A stretch of 32,000 bases of DNA, taken from positions 1 to 32,000 of the forward strand of contig JBMFJL010000001.1 of NCBI GenBank assembly GCA_049973735.1, in the 5' to 3' direction. Positions 15,507 through 24,591 of this stretch are shown here, piece by piece (the first letter of the stretch is position 1; each line of letters opens with the position of its first letter). The DNA is from Nanopusillaceae archaeon (lineage in GTDB: Archaea; Nanobdellota; Nanobdellia; Nanobdellales; Nanobdellaceae). The position numbers and the translations under genes were made by a program. The notes below the pieces were generated by a model. It did no database searches and had not been told where the DNA came from. It was given only the letters and a program-made list of their open reading frames with translations.

Positions 15507-16484
15507 ATGCCACAGCATGGTAGACATAGACCAAGAAGAGTAGCTATGCAATTTTGGCCCAGAGTAAGGGCTAGAAGAATTTATCCAGAAATAAAAAATT
15601 GGCCTAAAATAGATCAAATAGTTCCGGTTGCATTTGTTGGATATAAAGTTGGTATGACTCATATAATCGATACAGAAAATACTTTCATACCAGTAACAAT
15701 AATAGAAACACCTCCACTAAAGGTATTTGGAATTAGATTATATAAAAGAGATCTAAACAAAGGTAATCAAACATTGATGGACATAATATCTAATAATATT
15801 GACAAAAGATTAAAAAGAAAGATAAAAGGTATAGAACCAAATAATGATTTGGAAAATGATTTAAATAAAGCAAAGGAATTAATAGATAAAATTTCAATAG
15901 TAAAATTGTTGGTACATACTCAACCATGGTTAACTACACTGGGTAAAAATAAACCGGAAGTATTAGAGATACCAGTTGGTGGAAAAGATATTAAAAAGGT
16001 TTTCGAATATTCTGTAAATTTATTAGGAAAAGAAATAAATATTTCCGATGTATTTAAGGAGGGAGAATATGTAGATACTATAGGGGTAACTAAAGGGAAA
16101 GGTTTTCAAGGTGAAGTAAAGAGATTTGGAATAAAAATACAGCCAAGAGAACATAAAGTTGGTAAATCTGCAAGACATACACAATCTAGAGGTGCAAGAG
16201 GTATGCATAGAATATTTCCAACAACGCCAATGCCAGGTCAATATGGATTCTTTAGGAGAACAGAATATAATAAGTTAATAATAAAAATATCAAATAATGT
16301 AGAAGAAATTAATCCAAAATCTGGTTGGCCACATTATGGTATAGTAAAGAATTCTTATGTTATACTAAAAGGATCTGTTCAAGGTCCAGCAAAGAGATTA
16401 ATAGTATTGAGAAAAGCAATAAGGCCTAAGAAGGCTGGAAAGAAAATAACAATAAGTTATCTATCATTGGCCCCAAAAAATTAA
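15507..16484 (+). CDS. rpl3: Ribosomal protein uL3
   Basis: N-terminus MPQHGRHRPRRVAMQFWPRVRARR matches the archaeal L3 start. Also FVGYKVGMTH, GVTKGKGFQGEVKRFG and MPGQYGFFRRTEYNK. Confidence 0.95.
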   Translation: MPQHGRHRPRRVAMQFWPRVRARRIYPEIKNWPKIDQIVPVAFVGYKVGMTHIIDTENTFIPVTIIETPPLKVFGIRLYKRDLNKGNQTLMDIISNNIDKRLKRKIKGIEPNNDLENDLNKAKELIDKISIVKLLVHTQPWLTTLGKNKPEVLEIPVGGKDIKKVFEYSVNLLGKEINISDVFKEGEYVDTIGVTKGKGFQGEVKRFGIKIQPREHKVGKSARHTQSRGARGMHRIFPTTPMPGQYGFFRRTEYNKLIIKISNNVEEINPKSGWPHYGIVKNSYVILKGSVQGPAKRLIVLRKAIRPKKAGKKITISYLSLAPKN

Positions 16485-16510
16485 AATATAACATATAGTT
16501 ATAAATAAAA

Positions 16511-16807
16511 ATGGATGTTAAGATCTATAGAGTTGAAGGGTTAATATTTAAGACAAAGATTATTAGAAGACCAAGTAAGAAAGAAGGAGTTATAACTAAA
16601 AGAAAGGTAGTATACAAATTTAGAAAGGAATTGCTAGGTATATCGGAAAAAGATGTGTTAGAAAGAATATATTCTATATTGGGAGGAAATTTTAAAGTTA
16701 AGAAAAATAGAATAAAGATCTTAAGCATAAAAGAAATAACAGAAGATCAAATAGAAGATAAGAAACTTAAAAAGTTTATAGAGTCAATTAAGAATGGAAT
16801 ATATTGA
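16511..16807 (+). CDS. rplX: Ribosomal protein LX (L18Ae / eL20 family)
   Basis: The pattern YRVEG...F.KE..G.SEKDVLERIYSILGGNFKVKKNRIKILSIKEI matches the archaeal LX signature. It sits immediately upstream of prefoldin alpha, as in the conserved archaeal LX-pfdA pairing. Confidence 0.75.
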   Translation: MDVKIYRVEGLIFKTKIIRRPSKKEGVITKRKVVYKFRKELLGISEKDVLERIYSILGGNFKVKKNRIKILSIKEITEDQIEDKKLKKFIESIKNGIY

Positions 16808-17126
16808 AGAATTAGGATACTTGTATAAAGAAAAAGAAGAAGTAGAAAAGAGAATATTAGATTATAGATTAATAAAAGAATATATACTAAATTTGAAAAA
16901 GCAAGATCTTGCATATATAAATCTAGGTGGCATGATTTTTGTTAAAGGTTCTATAATTGATGATAGTACTTTGTTGATAAATATTGGTAGAAATATTTAT
17001 ATAGAAAAGGATAAAAATGAAGTAATCGATTTAATAGATAAAAACATAGATAGATTAAATCAATATCTAGAAGAAATAAACAAAAAAATTAAGGAAATTA
17101 CGCAGAAAAAAACTCTTCAATCCTAA
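16794..17126 (+). CDS. pfdA: Prefoldin alpha subunit (short form)
   Basis: N- and C-terminal coiled-coil segments flank two beta-hairpin-like stretches (AYINLGGMIFVKGSI; TLLINIGRNIYIEKD), the alpha-class arrangement. Overlaps rplX by 14 nt. Confidence 0.65.
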   Translation: MEYIEELGYLYKEKEEVEKRILDYRLIKEYILNLKKQDLAYINLGGMIFVKGSIIDDSTLLINIGRNIYIEKDKNEVIDLIDKNIDRLNQYLEEINKKIKEITQKKTLQS

Positions 17127-17730
17127 CTATTTCGTGTCCTGTGCTATATTTGCCAACTATTAAATAGTCTTTATTTATCTCTATTCCATATCTTAAGTAA
17201 GGGCTTCCAAAATTAACAGAACCAGTTTCTACCTTATATCCAGTGATCTCTTTTATCTTGTTTATATTACTTTCCTTTTCCTCTTGTGAAATAAGCAATT
17301 TATTTTTGTGTACCCTAGAAATACTACCTATATAATATTTAGATTTAATTTTGTAAGCTGGAAGTCCCAGTTTTTTTGAGATCAACTCTACATCTTCAAT
17401 TTTTGCACGAGAATATATAATTCCATTTTTACCAATTAAAAAAACATTTCCAATCAAATTTTCTATTACATCTATCTCTATTAAATCAAAAAATTTTCTT
17501 AAAAGATCCTTTAATTCTTCTGGAGAATTTTTGGCTATGATAATTTTATCCTCAAATTCAATAAAATAAGGATATACTATTGGTATATCTAATGTATAAA
17601 TCTTTAAATCCAGATTTAGTTTTTTGATATTGCTTTCTATACTTTTCGAGGAAATTACAAAATCATCGAAGAGATGCATCAGTAGGCCAATCGAACCAGT
17701 TTCTATATCTTCAAATTTTTTAATTATCAT
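17098..17730 (-). CDS. eif6: Translation initiation factor 6 (aIF6)
   Basis: Size is as expected at 210 aa. N-terminus MIIKKF..., repeated G..iG/N.G-type subdomain pattern, and C-terminal SVNFGSPYLRYGIEINKDYLIVGKYSTGHEIVRIEEFF resemble archaeal aIF6. The sequence is divergent. Confidence 0.7.
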   Translation of the reverse strand: MIIKKFEDIETGSIGLLMHLFDDFVISSKSIESNIKKLNLDLKIYTLDIPIVYPYFIEFEDKIIIAKNSPEELKDLLRKFFDLIEIDVIENLIGNVFLIGKNGIIYSRAKIEDVELISKKLGLPAYKIKSKYYIGSISRVHKNKLLISQEEKESNINKIKEITGYKVETGSVNFGSPYLRYGIEINKDYLIVGKYSTGHEIVRIEEFFSA

Positions 17731-17806
17731 AATATTGTATGGATTAACAACAATGATTATAAATATTTAAACATTGCTTATATATATTGATGTACTCTAT
17801 TATTAT

Positions 17807-18553
17807 ATGGATATATTTTCCATTTTTAGGAGAAAAAAAGATCATGCTAATCAGGAATTAATCCCCGTACAAAATGTAAATCCAAACCCAACACCAATTC
17901 AGAATAATGAAATAACTAGCATAATAAATTCAATAGAGGGTTTGGCAAGATCTATAAGAGAAATGGAAAATAGAATTTCTGAATTATCGAATAAATTTGC
18001 TGAAATAAATACAAAAGTTGAATCAAATCAAAATGAAATAAATAACATTAAAAATAATTTGGAAAAAATGTTTTCTATATATGAATTATTGATGAGAAGT
18101 TATAATCCATTTGTAGAAACAGAAGAAAAAGTAGTTGAAGCTAAACAGGACATTCAAAATATTTCAATAACTAATAATGAAGAAAAGACACATATATTAC
18201 CATTAAAAGATTTGGATGATAATCCTGCAGTTGCATCCATAATAATAGGCTGGTTATCTTACTTAGTAAAAAAGTCAAATATGGAGGAAGTAGAAAAAGC
18301 ATTAGATTATTATGAAAATATAAAATGGATAACAGAAAAAGTAAAAATAAAATTAAAAGAATATCTAACAGGATTATCCGGATTAGAAACAGAAGATAAA
18401 AAATTAACACCCAAGGATCATTTAGTAAGTTTATATATAATAACAAAGCTATCTAATTTATCAAATGAGCGAAATTTAGAAAGAATGAAGGATTTGTATA
18501 AAGAATTGGTTGAAAAGGGATATATATCTCCGACGGAAAAAGAAAATGCTTAG
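17807..18553 (+). CDS. Archaellum accessory protein, ArlC/D/E (FlaD/E) family
   Basis: Coiled-coil N-half ending ...YELLMRSYNPF, then PLKDLDDNPAVASIIIGWLSYLVKKSNMEEVEKALDYYENIKWITEKVK, which matches the FlaD/E signature (W..fL...; L.YYe.i.WI). ATG 17807 is preferred over the TTG at 17774 because CTTATATATA lies 21-30 nt upstream. Confidence 0.7.
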   Translation: MDIFSIFRRKKDHANQELIPVQNVNPNPTPIQNNEITSIINSIEGLARSIREMENRISELSNKFAEINTKVESNQNEINNIKNNLEKMFSIYELLMRSYNPFVETEEKVVEAKQDIQNISITNNEEKTHILPLKDLDDNPAVASIIIGWLSYLVKKSNMEEVEKALDYYENIKWITEKVKIKLKEYLTGLSGLETEDKKLTPKDHLVSLYIITKLSNLSNERNLERMKDLYKELVEKGYISPTEKENA

Positions 18554-18935
18554 ACAACTGGTATATTTAGCAGTATTATTTATAGTAGGATATATATCCG
18601 TTTATATATTTTACAATTACTTTGAATCCACAGGTAATGTCTTAGCTAGAGAGGTTTCAAACTTTACAAATAGCGTCTATGTACAACCTTTTACATCTTA
18701 TATCATAAGTTCATATTCTTCTCCAGAGTATTCTATATTGTATTTGATAGGGAGCTCCCAGTTGAGTAATTGCATAAAAAACATATTGGTAGAAGATTTA
18801 CCAGTTAATTATACGGTAAAATTCTTGAATAATTATACAGCAGAGATAAAAGTATATGGTAGAGAAGTAGATAAAGGGGCAAATTTAACTATACAATATT
18901 GTGATGGCCAAAAGGTATTTTATATAATATCATAA
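18546..18935 (+). CDS. ArlF/ArlG-like archaellum protein (N-terminal TM anchor plus beta-rich domain)
   Basis: MLRQLVYLAVLFIVGYISVYIFYNYF is followed by ~100 aa of beta-type sequence. Its position between ArlD/E-like and ArlH, with an 8-nt overlap on the upstream gene, fits this role. There is no diagnostic motif, so the call rests on context. Confidence 0.45.
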   Translation: MLRQLVYLAVLFIVGYISVYIFYNYFESTGNVLAREVSNFTNSVYVQPFTSYIISSYSSPEYSILYLIGSSQLSNCIKNILVEDLPVNYTVKFLNNYTAEIKVYGREVDKGANLTIQYCDGQKVFYIIS

Positions 18936-18938
18936 AAA

Positions 18939-19643
18939 GTGGTAGAGTATATAGATATTTATTTGGATAGAGATGAATTTGCCGACAGGTTGGGAGGAGC
19001 AATACCAAAGGGTAGTATATTTATAATTGAAGGAGATCATGGATCTGGAAAAAGTATAATAGCTCAAAGAATTGTATATGGAGCTCTATACAATAATTTT
19101 AAAGTTACTTATATATCTACAGAGTTGTCGGTTGTAGATTTTGTAAAACAAATGAACTCTCTAGGATATTCAATAGAAGATTATCTACTTAAACAGAGTC
19201 TTCTCTATATATCTACTTTAAATTTATTTGGTAAGGTAAAGGAAAAAGAAAATTTAATATTTGAATTGACTAAAGAAAAATCAAGGAAAATATTTGAATC
19301 AGATTTAATAGTACTAGATTCTTTGTCTTATCCATTAATTAATGGTTTGAGTAATATGGATTCTGTTAAATTGATAGAATTTTTTGGAAAAATTAAGGAT
19401 TGGGGAAAAACAATACTTTTAACCTATAACCCATCTGAAATCAATGAATTTTTTGTAAGAAATATTAGGAGGGTATCAGACATATACTTTAATATTAAAT
19501 TTAGCACAATTGGAGAAGGATCCTCATTAAGAATAATTGAAGTAAAAAGATTTAGATATCCAAGGGGAATATATAATAATGTAATACCATTTAGGGTAGA
19601 ACCAAATATAGGCTTAATTATCGAAATATCTTCATATGTATAA
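18939..19643 (+). CDS. arlH: Archaellum ATP-binding protein ArlH (FlaH), RecA/KaiC-like
   Basis: DEFADRLGGAIPKGSIFIIEGDHGSGKSIIAQ (Walker A), a hydrophobic strand ending in D (LIVLDSLS, Walker B-like) and ~230 aa length. GTG start at 18939, since no in-frame ATG is nearby. Confidence 0.85.
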   Translation: MVEYIDIYLDRDEFADRLGGAIPKGSIFIIEGDHGSGKSIIAQRIVYGALYNNFKVTYISTELSVVDFVKQMNSLGYSIEDYLLKQSLLYISTLNLFGKVKEKENLIFELTKEKSRKIFESDLIVLDSLSYPLINGLSNMDSVKLIEFFGKIKDWGKTILLTYNPSEINEFFVRNIRRVSDIYFNIKFSTIGEGSSLRIIEVKRFRYPRGIYNNVIPFRVEPNIGLIIEISSYV

Positions 19644-21322
19644 TGAATGAACAATTAATACAAAAAAGCCAACAAGAATATATAATAAAGAGAGAAAGGG
19701 CACATACAATATCTATAGAAATTACTAAAGATTTTAATCAAGCTTTAATTAGATATCCTCATTTGAAGTCATATATTGATGATATATCTAGAAAAATCGG
19801 ACTTCCAGAATGGAAAACAGAATTAACTTTTGATCTAAGAAAAAGGACAGAGTTCAATATTCTATATCCTGTTGGAGATCCTATATTTATTCATGTTTAC
19901 AAATTGCCAAGTGGCGAAGCTCATTATAATGTTATAGAACCACAAATTACAGAAGAAGAAAAGAAAAAATTAGAGAAAATTCAATCTAAAATCGTTAAAT
20001 ATTCTATAGAAAATATAAATACAGAAAATGTAGAAGAGGTAAAAAGATATATAGTGGATTTATTTAATAGGGTAATTGAAGTTGGTAAGAAATCTCTATT
20101 TTCTGACAAAGTTTTTGTAAAAGATAAGGAAGAATACGATAGATTATTATATTTCTTAATAAGAGAAAGATTTGGGTATTCCTTTTTAGAGCCATTTTTG
20201 AGAGATCCTTATCTGGAAGATGTCCATGTTTTAGGATTGGGAGATATTTATGTAGTACATAAAATATTTGGAATGTTAAAAACAAATAGGAAGTTCAAAG
20301 ACGAAGTAGAATTAAACAAATATATGATAAGATATTCTGAAATTGTTGATAGACCAGTATCAGAAAATAGGCCAATAGTAGATGCTATATTGCCAGATGG
20401 ATCTAGAGTTAATTTCATATATGGAAAAGATATTTCTTTACATGGATCATCATTTACAATAAGAAAGTTCTCAATGAAACCATTGAGCATAACTCAATTA
20501 ATATCTTTTGGAACTATTTCTCCAGAAGAGGCTGCATATTTATGGCTAGCCATAGAAAATGGAATGAATATAGTAATATCTGGAGAGACAGCATCTGGTA
20601 AAACTACATTATTAAATGCTCTAGCTACATTCATTAAACCAGATGCAAAGGTATATTCTGTAGAAGATACACCAGAATTAAATATTCCACATCCAATATG
20701 GCAAAGACTTGTAACAAGAGAAGTAGGAAAAAGATCAGACGTATCCATGTATGATTTATTGAGAGCAGCATTGAGATCAAGACCAAATTATATATTAATT
20801 GGTGAAATTAGAGGAAAAGAAGGTTATGTAGCATTTCAGGCAATGCAAACTGGTCATCCTGTCATGACAACGTTCCATTCAGGTAATATAACTCAACTGA
20901 TAGAAAGATTGACTGGAGAACCAATTAATATTCCAATTACATTTATAGATAACTTAAATATTGCTGTATTCACATCCTCAGTAAATATAAAAGGAAGAGC
21001 TGAAAGAAGAGTCACAAGTATATATGAAATTGAAAAATATGTAGCAGAAATAAAAAAGGTTGCTGTTAGAAGAGTATTTGCATGGGAAAGTGTAAGAGAT
21101 AAACATATATTTTCTGGAAAATATAATAGTTATATTCTGGAGAAAAAAGTTGCTCCATTGATGAAAATAGAAGATAAAAGAAAAATATATGAAATATTAG
21201 ATTATCGTGCCAGAATATTAAAAAGAATGGTAGAAGAAAAAATATTTGACTTTTACGAAGTTTGGGAAATATTAAAAGAATTTTATCTTAATGGACCATC
21301 AGCATTACCCTTCACTGTATAG
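19643..21322 (+). CDS. arlI: Archaellum motor ATPase ArlI (FlaI), type II/IV secretion ATPase family
   Basis: SGETASGKTTLLNAL (Walker A), ILIGEIRGKE (Walker B/Asp box), MQTGHPVMTTFHSG (His box). Overlaps arlH by 1 nt (TAATG). Confidence 0.92.
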   Translation: MNEQLIQKSQQEYIIKRERAHTISIEITKDFNQALIRYPHLKSYIDDISRKIGLPEWKTELTFDLRKRTEFNILYPVGDPIFIHVYKLPSGEAHYNVIEPQITEEEKKKLEKIQSKIVKYSIENINTENVEEVKRYIVDLFNRVIEVGKKSLFSDKVFVKDKEEYDRLLYFLIRERFGYSFLEPFLRDPYLEDVHVLGLGDIYVVHKIFGMLKTNRKFKDEVELNKYMIRYSEIVDRPVSENRPIVDAILPDGSRVNFIYGKDISLHGSSFTIRKFSMKPLSITQLISFGTISPEEAAYLWLAIENGMNIVISGETASGKTTLLNALATFIKPDAKVYSVEDTPELNIPHPIWQRLVTREVGKRSDVSMYDLLRAALRSRPNYILIGEIRGKEGYVAFQAMQTGHPVMTTFHSGNITQLIERLTGEPINIPITFIDNLNIAVFTSSVNIKGRAERRVTSIYEIEKYVAEIKKVAVRRVFAWESVRDKHIFSGKYNSYILEKKVAPLMKIEDKRKIYEILDYRARILKRMVEEKIFDFYEVWEILKEFYLNGPSALPFTV

Positions 21323-21411
21323 CTTTTAAATATAATAAATGTAAAATAAATATGGCATTAAATATTGACCGGTATTAAGGCCAAGTATAAGAATTTTACT
21401 TACCTACTATT

Positions 21412-22686
21412 ATGATGGATAAAGAGATTGCAAAAGTATTGCTTTGGAAAAAACCATCTATAGAAGTTTTAGGCGAGGAGAAAGTAAATAAAATAGATAA
21501 GTTTAGACATTACATTGGTTTTGAAATTTCGGGCTATGTACACATAGGTACTGGGGTAGTATCTGGTTTAAAGATAATAGATGCATCAAAAATAGGAGAA
21601 GCAAGTATATTTTTAGCAGATTGGCATACTATGATAAATAATAAATTAGGAGGGGATATAGAATTGATAAGAAAGATTGCCAGAGGATATTTTTCAGAAG
21701 CATTATTAAGATCAATAGAAGCATTAGGAGGTAATAGAGATAAAGTAAAGGTGGTTTTAGCATCAGAGATATATAATAATGATTATTGGTTAGAAGTGAT
21801 AAAGATAGGAAAAAATACGACACTAAATAGAGTATTAAGATCAATAACAATAATGGGAAGAAAAGAAAGCGAATCTATCCCATCAGCATTTTTAATATAT
21901 CCACTAATGCAGGCTGCAGATATAATATTTCAAAAAGTAAATATAGCGCATGCAGGAATAGATCAGAGAAAAGCCCATGTAATTGCAATAGAATATGCTG
22001 ATAAAGTAGATTATCCATTGATTGCAATGCATCATCAATTAATAACCAATTTGCAATTACCTCTGGAAGTATTTCAAAAGTTAAAACAAGGAAATAAAAA
22101 AGAAGCAAAGGAGGAATTATCAGAATTGAAAATGTCTAAGTCAATACCAGGTTCAGCAATATTTGTCCATGATTCTCCAAATGAAATAAAAGAAAAAATA
22201 AATAAAGCATTTTGTCCTCAAAAGGAATTAGATTTCAATCCTATATGGGAAATAACAGAATATTTAATATTTAGGGGACAAGAAAATTATGGATTAATAA
22301 AAATATTATTAGAAAAAGGATATAAGATAGAAGGAATATCTGAAAACTTAGATTATAATACATATGAAGAATTGAAGGATAAAAATATGATAAATTGGGA
22401 TAATATTTATGAAATTGCAAATAAAGAATCTAATGAGTTATATAAGTATTCGTTTGAAGAAATAGAGTTTGAAATAATAAATGGAAAAACTGGGGAGAGA
22501 AAGATATATACAAAATTGTGGGATTTGAGAAGAGATTGGGTTGCAGGGAAAATACATCCATTAGATTTAAAGTCTGCAGTTGCTAGGTGGATGATAGAAA
22601 AACTAGAGCCTGTTTATAAATATTTCAATGAAGGACCTGGAAGAAAGTACAAAGAAGAAATGGATTCTGTAAAGATCACTAGGTAG
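21412..22686 (+). CDS. tyrS: Tyrosyl-tRNA synthetase (archaeal type, extended)
   Basis: GFEISGYVHIGTG (HIGH region), FLADWHTMINNKLGGD, YPLMQAADI, GIDQRKAHV, KMSKS, DSPNEIKEKINKAFCP and C-terminal HPLDLKSAV...KLEPV. At 424 aa it is longer than compact archaeal TyrRS. Confidence 0.8.
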   Translation: MMDKEIAKVLLWKKPSIEVLGEEKVNKIDKFRHYIGFEISGYVHIGTGVVSGLKIIDASKIGEASIFLADWHTMINNKLGGDIELIRKIARGYFSEALLRSIEALGGNRDKVKVVLASEIYNNDYWLEVIKIGKNTTLNRVLRSITIMGRKESESIPSAFLIYPLMQAADIIFQKVNIAHAGIDQRKAHVIAIEYADKVDYPLIAMHHQLITNLQLPLEVFQKLKQGNKKEAKEELSELKMSKSIPGSAIFVHDSPNEIKEKINKAFCPQKELDFNPIWEITEYLIFRGQENYGLIKILLEKGYKIEGISENLDYNTYEELKDKNMINWDNIYEIANKESNELYKYSFEEIEFEIINGKTGERKIYTKLWDLRRDWVAGKIHPLDLKSAVARWMIEKLEPVYKYFNEGPGRKYKEEMDSVKITR

Positions 22687-22739
22687 TGTTATTATCTTCT
22701 TTTTATAACATATATAAATTTTTCTTATAATGATAATTT

Positions 22740-23072
22740 ATGAAGATAGACAATATGATTAACAACGCATTTTTATTACTAGATTTATATAGACTGCATT
22801 CTAAGAAATTGATGAAAAAAATAAAAAATGAGGAGATCAAAGCTTTGTTGTTAATATCTTATAAAGAAGATGATATATTGGAGATGATTGAAAATATTAT
22901 GTATGAAAAAGAGTTATTAAAAGATTATTTAGAAAAGAATGACCTAAATAACGCCTATAGAATATATAAAGACATAAAATATAAATATAAAATGATAGAA
23001 AAAATTTTAATTGATAGGATTGAAGATCTTATTAAAATAAGAGCTTTAGATATTATGAAATCAAATCATTAA
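22740..23072 (+). CDS. Hypothetical helical protein (110 aa)
   Basis: ORF with K/E/I-rich helical sequence. Overlaps the 3' end of the convergent PGM/PMM gene by 20 nt. No family recognised. Confidence 0.4.
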   Translation: MKIDNMINNAFLLLDLYRLHSKKLMKKIKNEEIKALLLISYKEDDILEMIENIMYEKELLKDYLEKNDLNNAYRIYKDIKYKYKMIEKILIDRIEDLIKIRALDIMKSNH

Positions 23073-24327
23073 ATATTCTTTCTAAATCTAAATCTTTTTT
23101 ATAACTTTCTATTATAATTCTATAAACTGGTTCTGTTTGCGATTCCCTAACTAATATCCTTACGTCATCTTTTGCTAATTCTACACCATCCAGTTCCCCA
23201 TCTAAATTATTTATATGATATCCATTATTTTTTCCATATTCTAGAGCTTTTCTTATCAAATCCTTTTCCTTTGGAATAACTTTTTTAATTATTTTGAAAT
23301 TTTCTATGTTTATATCGACAAAATTGTCTATCTCTTTTAAAAACATTAGACCTGCAAATAGAGCATCATCTATATAGCTATTTTCTGAAAAATATATATG
23401 TCCAGAGTATTCTATTCCCATGTAAGCATTATATTTTTTGCATTTTTCTTTTATAAATGTATGACCAGTTCTAGATAGGATATAATGGCCCTTTTTCTCT
23501 TCAATATATTTCCTTACATACATTGGTACAGATATCTCTATTATAAATCTCCTATTTTCTTTAACAAATGGTATTATGTATTTATCTGGTTTTATTATAT
23601 TTCCATTTTTATCTACAATACCTATTCTGTCTCCGTCGCCATCAAATGCAAAACCAATATCTAATTTTTTATTAATTACTAATTTTTTTAATTCACTTAG
23701 ATTTTCTTCATTTGAAGGATCTGGTGGATGTGATGGAAAATTACCGTCGAGTTTTTCGTTTATAGCATAAACTTCATTTCCCAGATCTAATAATATATCT
23801 TTCATTAAGGATAAAACAGAGTTTGCAGGATCATAGCCAATTTTGTATCCTTTTATTTTTTTGAATTTTTTTCTTATATACCATTTATAAAATTCTATTC
23901 CGTTTTCTTCCTCAATTATACCATTCTTTTGATTAGGTTTTTCTACTTTTTTAGTCAGTTCTTCAATTATCTTTATCTCTTCGGAATTTAGACTTTCCCC
24001 ATTATTTTTTATCGGTTTTATTCCATTATATTCCGGTGGATTGTGCGATGCAGTTATCATCAATACCGGTATAGAATAGACTTTTGCAAGGTAATGTGCC
24101 TCTGGTGTAGAACCAATTCCAAAGTCTATAACATTATGTGTATGAGTTAGAGAAGATAACAATATATTCTTAATCCTTTCCGAATGTATTCTAACATCTC
24201 TAACTATACCTATTGTTTCATTGTTTTCAAAAAATTTTCCAAATGCTAAACCTATCTTATATATTAATTCATCTGTAAGTTCTTTTCCATATATACCTCT
24301 AATATCATAAGCTCTAAATACGCTCAT
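23053..24327 (-). CDS. Phosphohexomutase (phosphoglucomutase / phosphomannomutase / GlmM family)
   Basis: ITASHNPPEYNGIK (active-site phosphoserine loop), FAFDGDGDRIGIVD (metal-binding loop), GIEYSGHIYF (sugar-binding) and RESQTEP (phosphate-binding loop). Confidence 0.9.
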   Translation of the reverse strand: MSVFRAYDIRGIYGKELTDELIYKIGLAFGKFFENNETIGIVRDVRIHSERIKNILLSSLTHTHNVIDFGIGSTPEAHYLAKVYSIPVLMITASHNPPEYNGIKPIKNNGESLNSEEIKIIEELTKKVEKPNQKNGIIEEENGIEFYKWYIRKKFKKIKGYKIGYDPANSVLSLMKDILLDLGNEVYAINEKLDGNFPSHPPDPSNEENLSELKKLVINKKLDIGFAFDGDGDRIGIVDKNGNIIKPDKYIIPFVKENRRFIIEISVPMYVRKYIEEKKGHYILSRTGHTFIKEKCKKYNAYMGIEYSGHIYFSENSYIDDALFAGLMFLKEIDNFVDINIENFKIIKKVIPKEKDLIRKALEYGKNNGYHINNLDGELDGVELAKDDVRILVRESQTEPVYRIIIESYKKDLDLERIFNDLIS

Positions 24328-24332
24328 AAAGT

Positions 24333-24557
24333 TTATTTCCTTCTTACTCTATATAAAGGAATTTTCCCTTTGTATGATAGATAAGTAAATATATTAACTA
24401 TTATCATAACTAGCATAACTAATGTTGATATGAAAATCATTTTGGGATCCAGATTCTTTTGATATGATAATGTAGTAAAAATAATCAAAAATACAATTAT
24501 AGATATTAATAAAGACATGTATACTTCATATTTTGTTGCATACAATTCTTCTTCCAT
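24333..24557 (-). CDS. Small two-TM membrane protein (74 aa)
   Basis: Two hydrophobic helices (LLISIIVFLIIFTTL; FISTLVMLVMIIVNIFTYL). Ends 5 nt upstream of the PGM/PMM start on the same strand. Confidence 0.5.
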   Translation of the reverse strand: MEEELYATKYEVYMSLLISIIVFLIIFTTLSYQKNLDPKMIFISTLVMLVMIIVNIFTYLSYKGKIPLYRVRRK

Positions 24558-24591
24558 TATTATCTATATAAATATCTAGTTTTTAAATATA

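Noticed and set aside
15477-16728. Minus-strand ORFs 15477-15662, 16023-16241 and 16525-16728
   Set aside because: Antisense to rpl3 and rplX.
17774-17806. TTG-initiated extension of the ArlD/E-like ORF
   Set aside because: The extension covers the TATA-like CTTATATATA. ATG 17807 gives canonical promoter spacing.
18510-18545. Upstream ATG for the ArlF/G-like gene
   Set aside because: It would add 12 residues overlapping the ArlD/E-like gene by 44 nt. ATG 18546, directly before the TM helix with an 8-nt overlap, is more typical.
18171-20748. Minus-strand ORFs 18171-18446, 19424-19654, 20064-20285, 20248-20490 and 20494-20748
   Set aside because: Antisense shadows of the archaellum genes.
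21629-22108. Minus-strand ORFs 21629-21850 and 21875-22108
   Set aside because: Antisense to tyrS; leucine-rich low-complexity translations.
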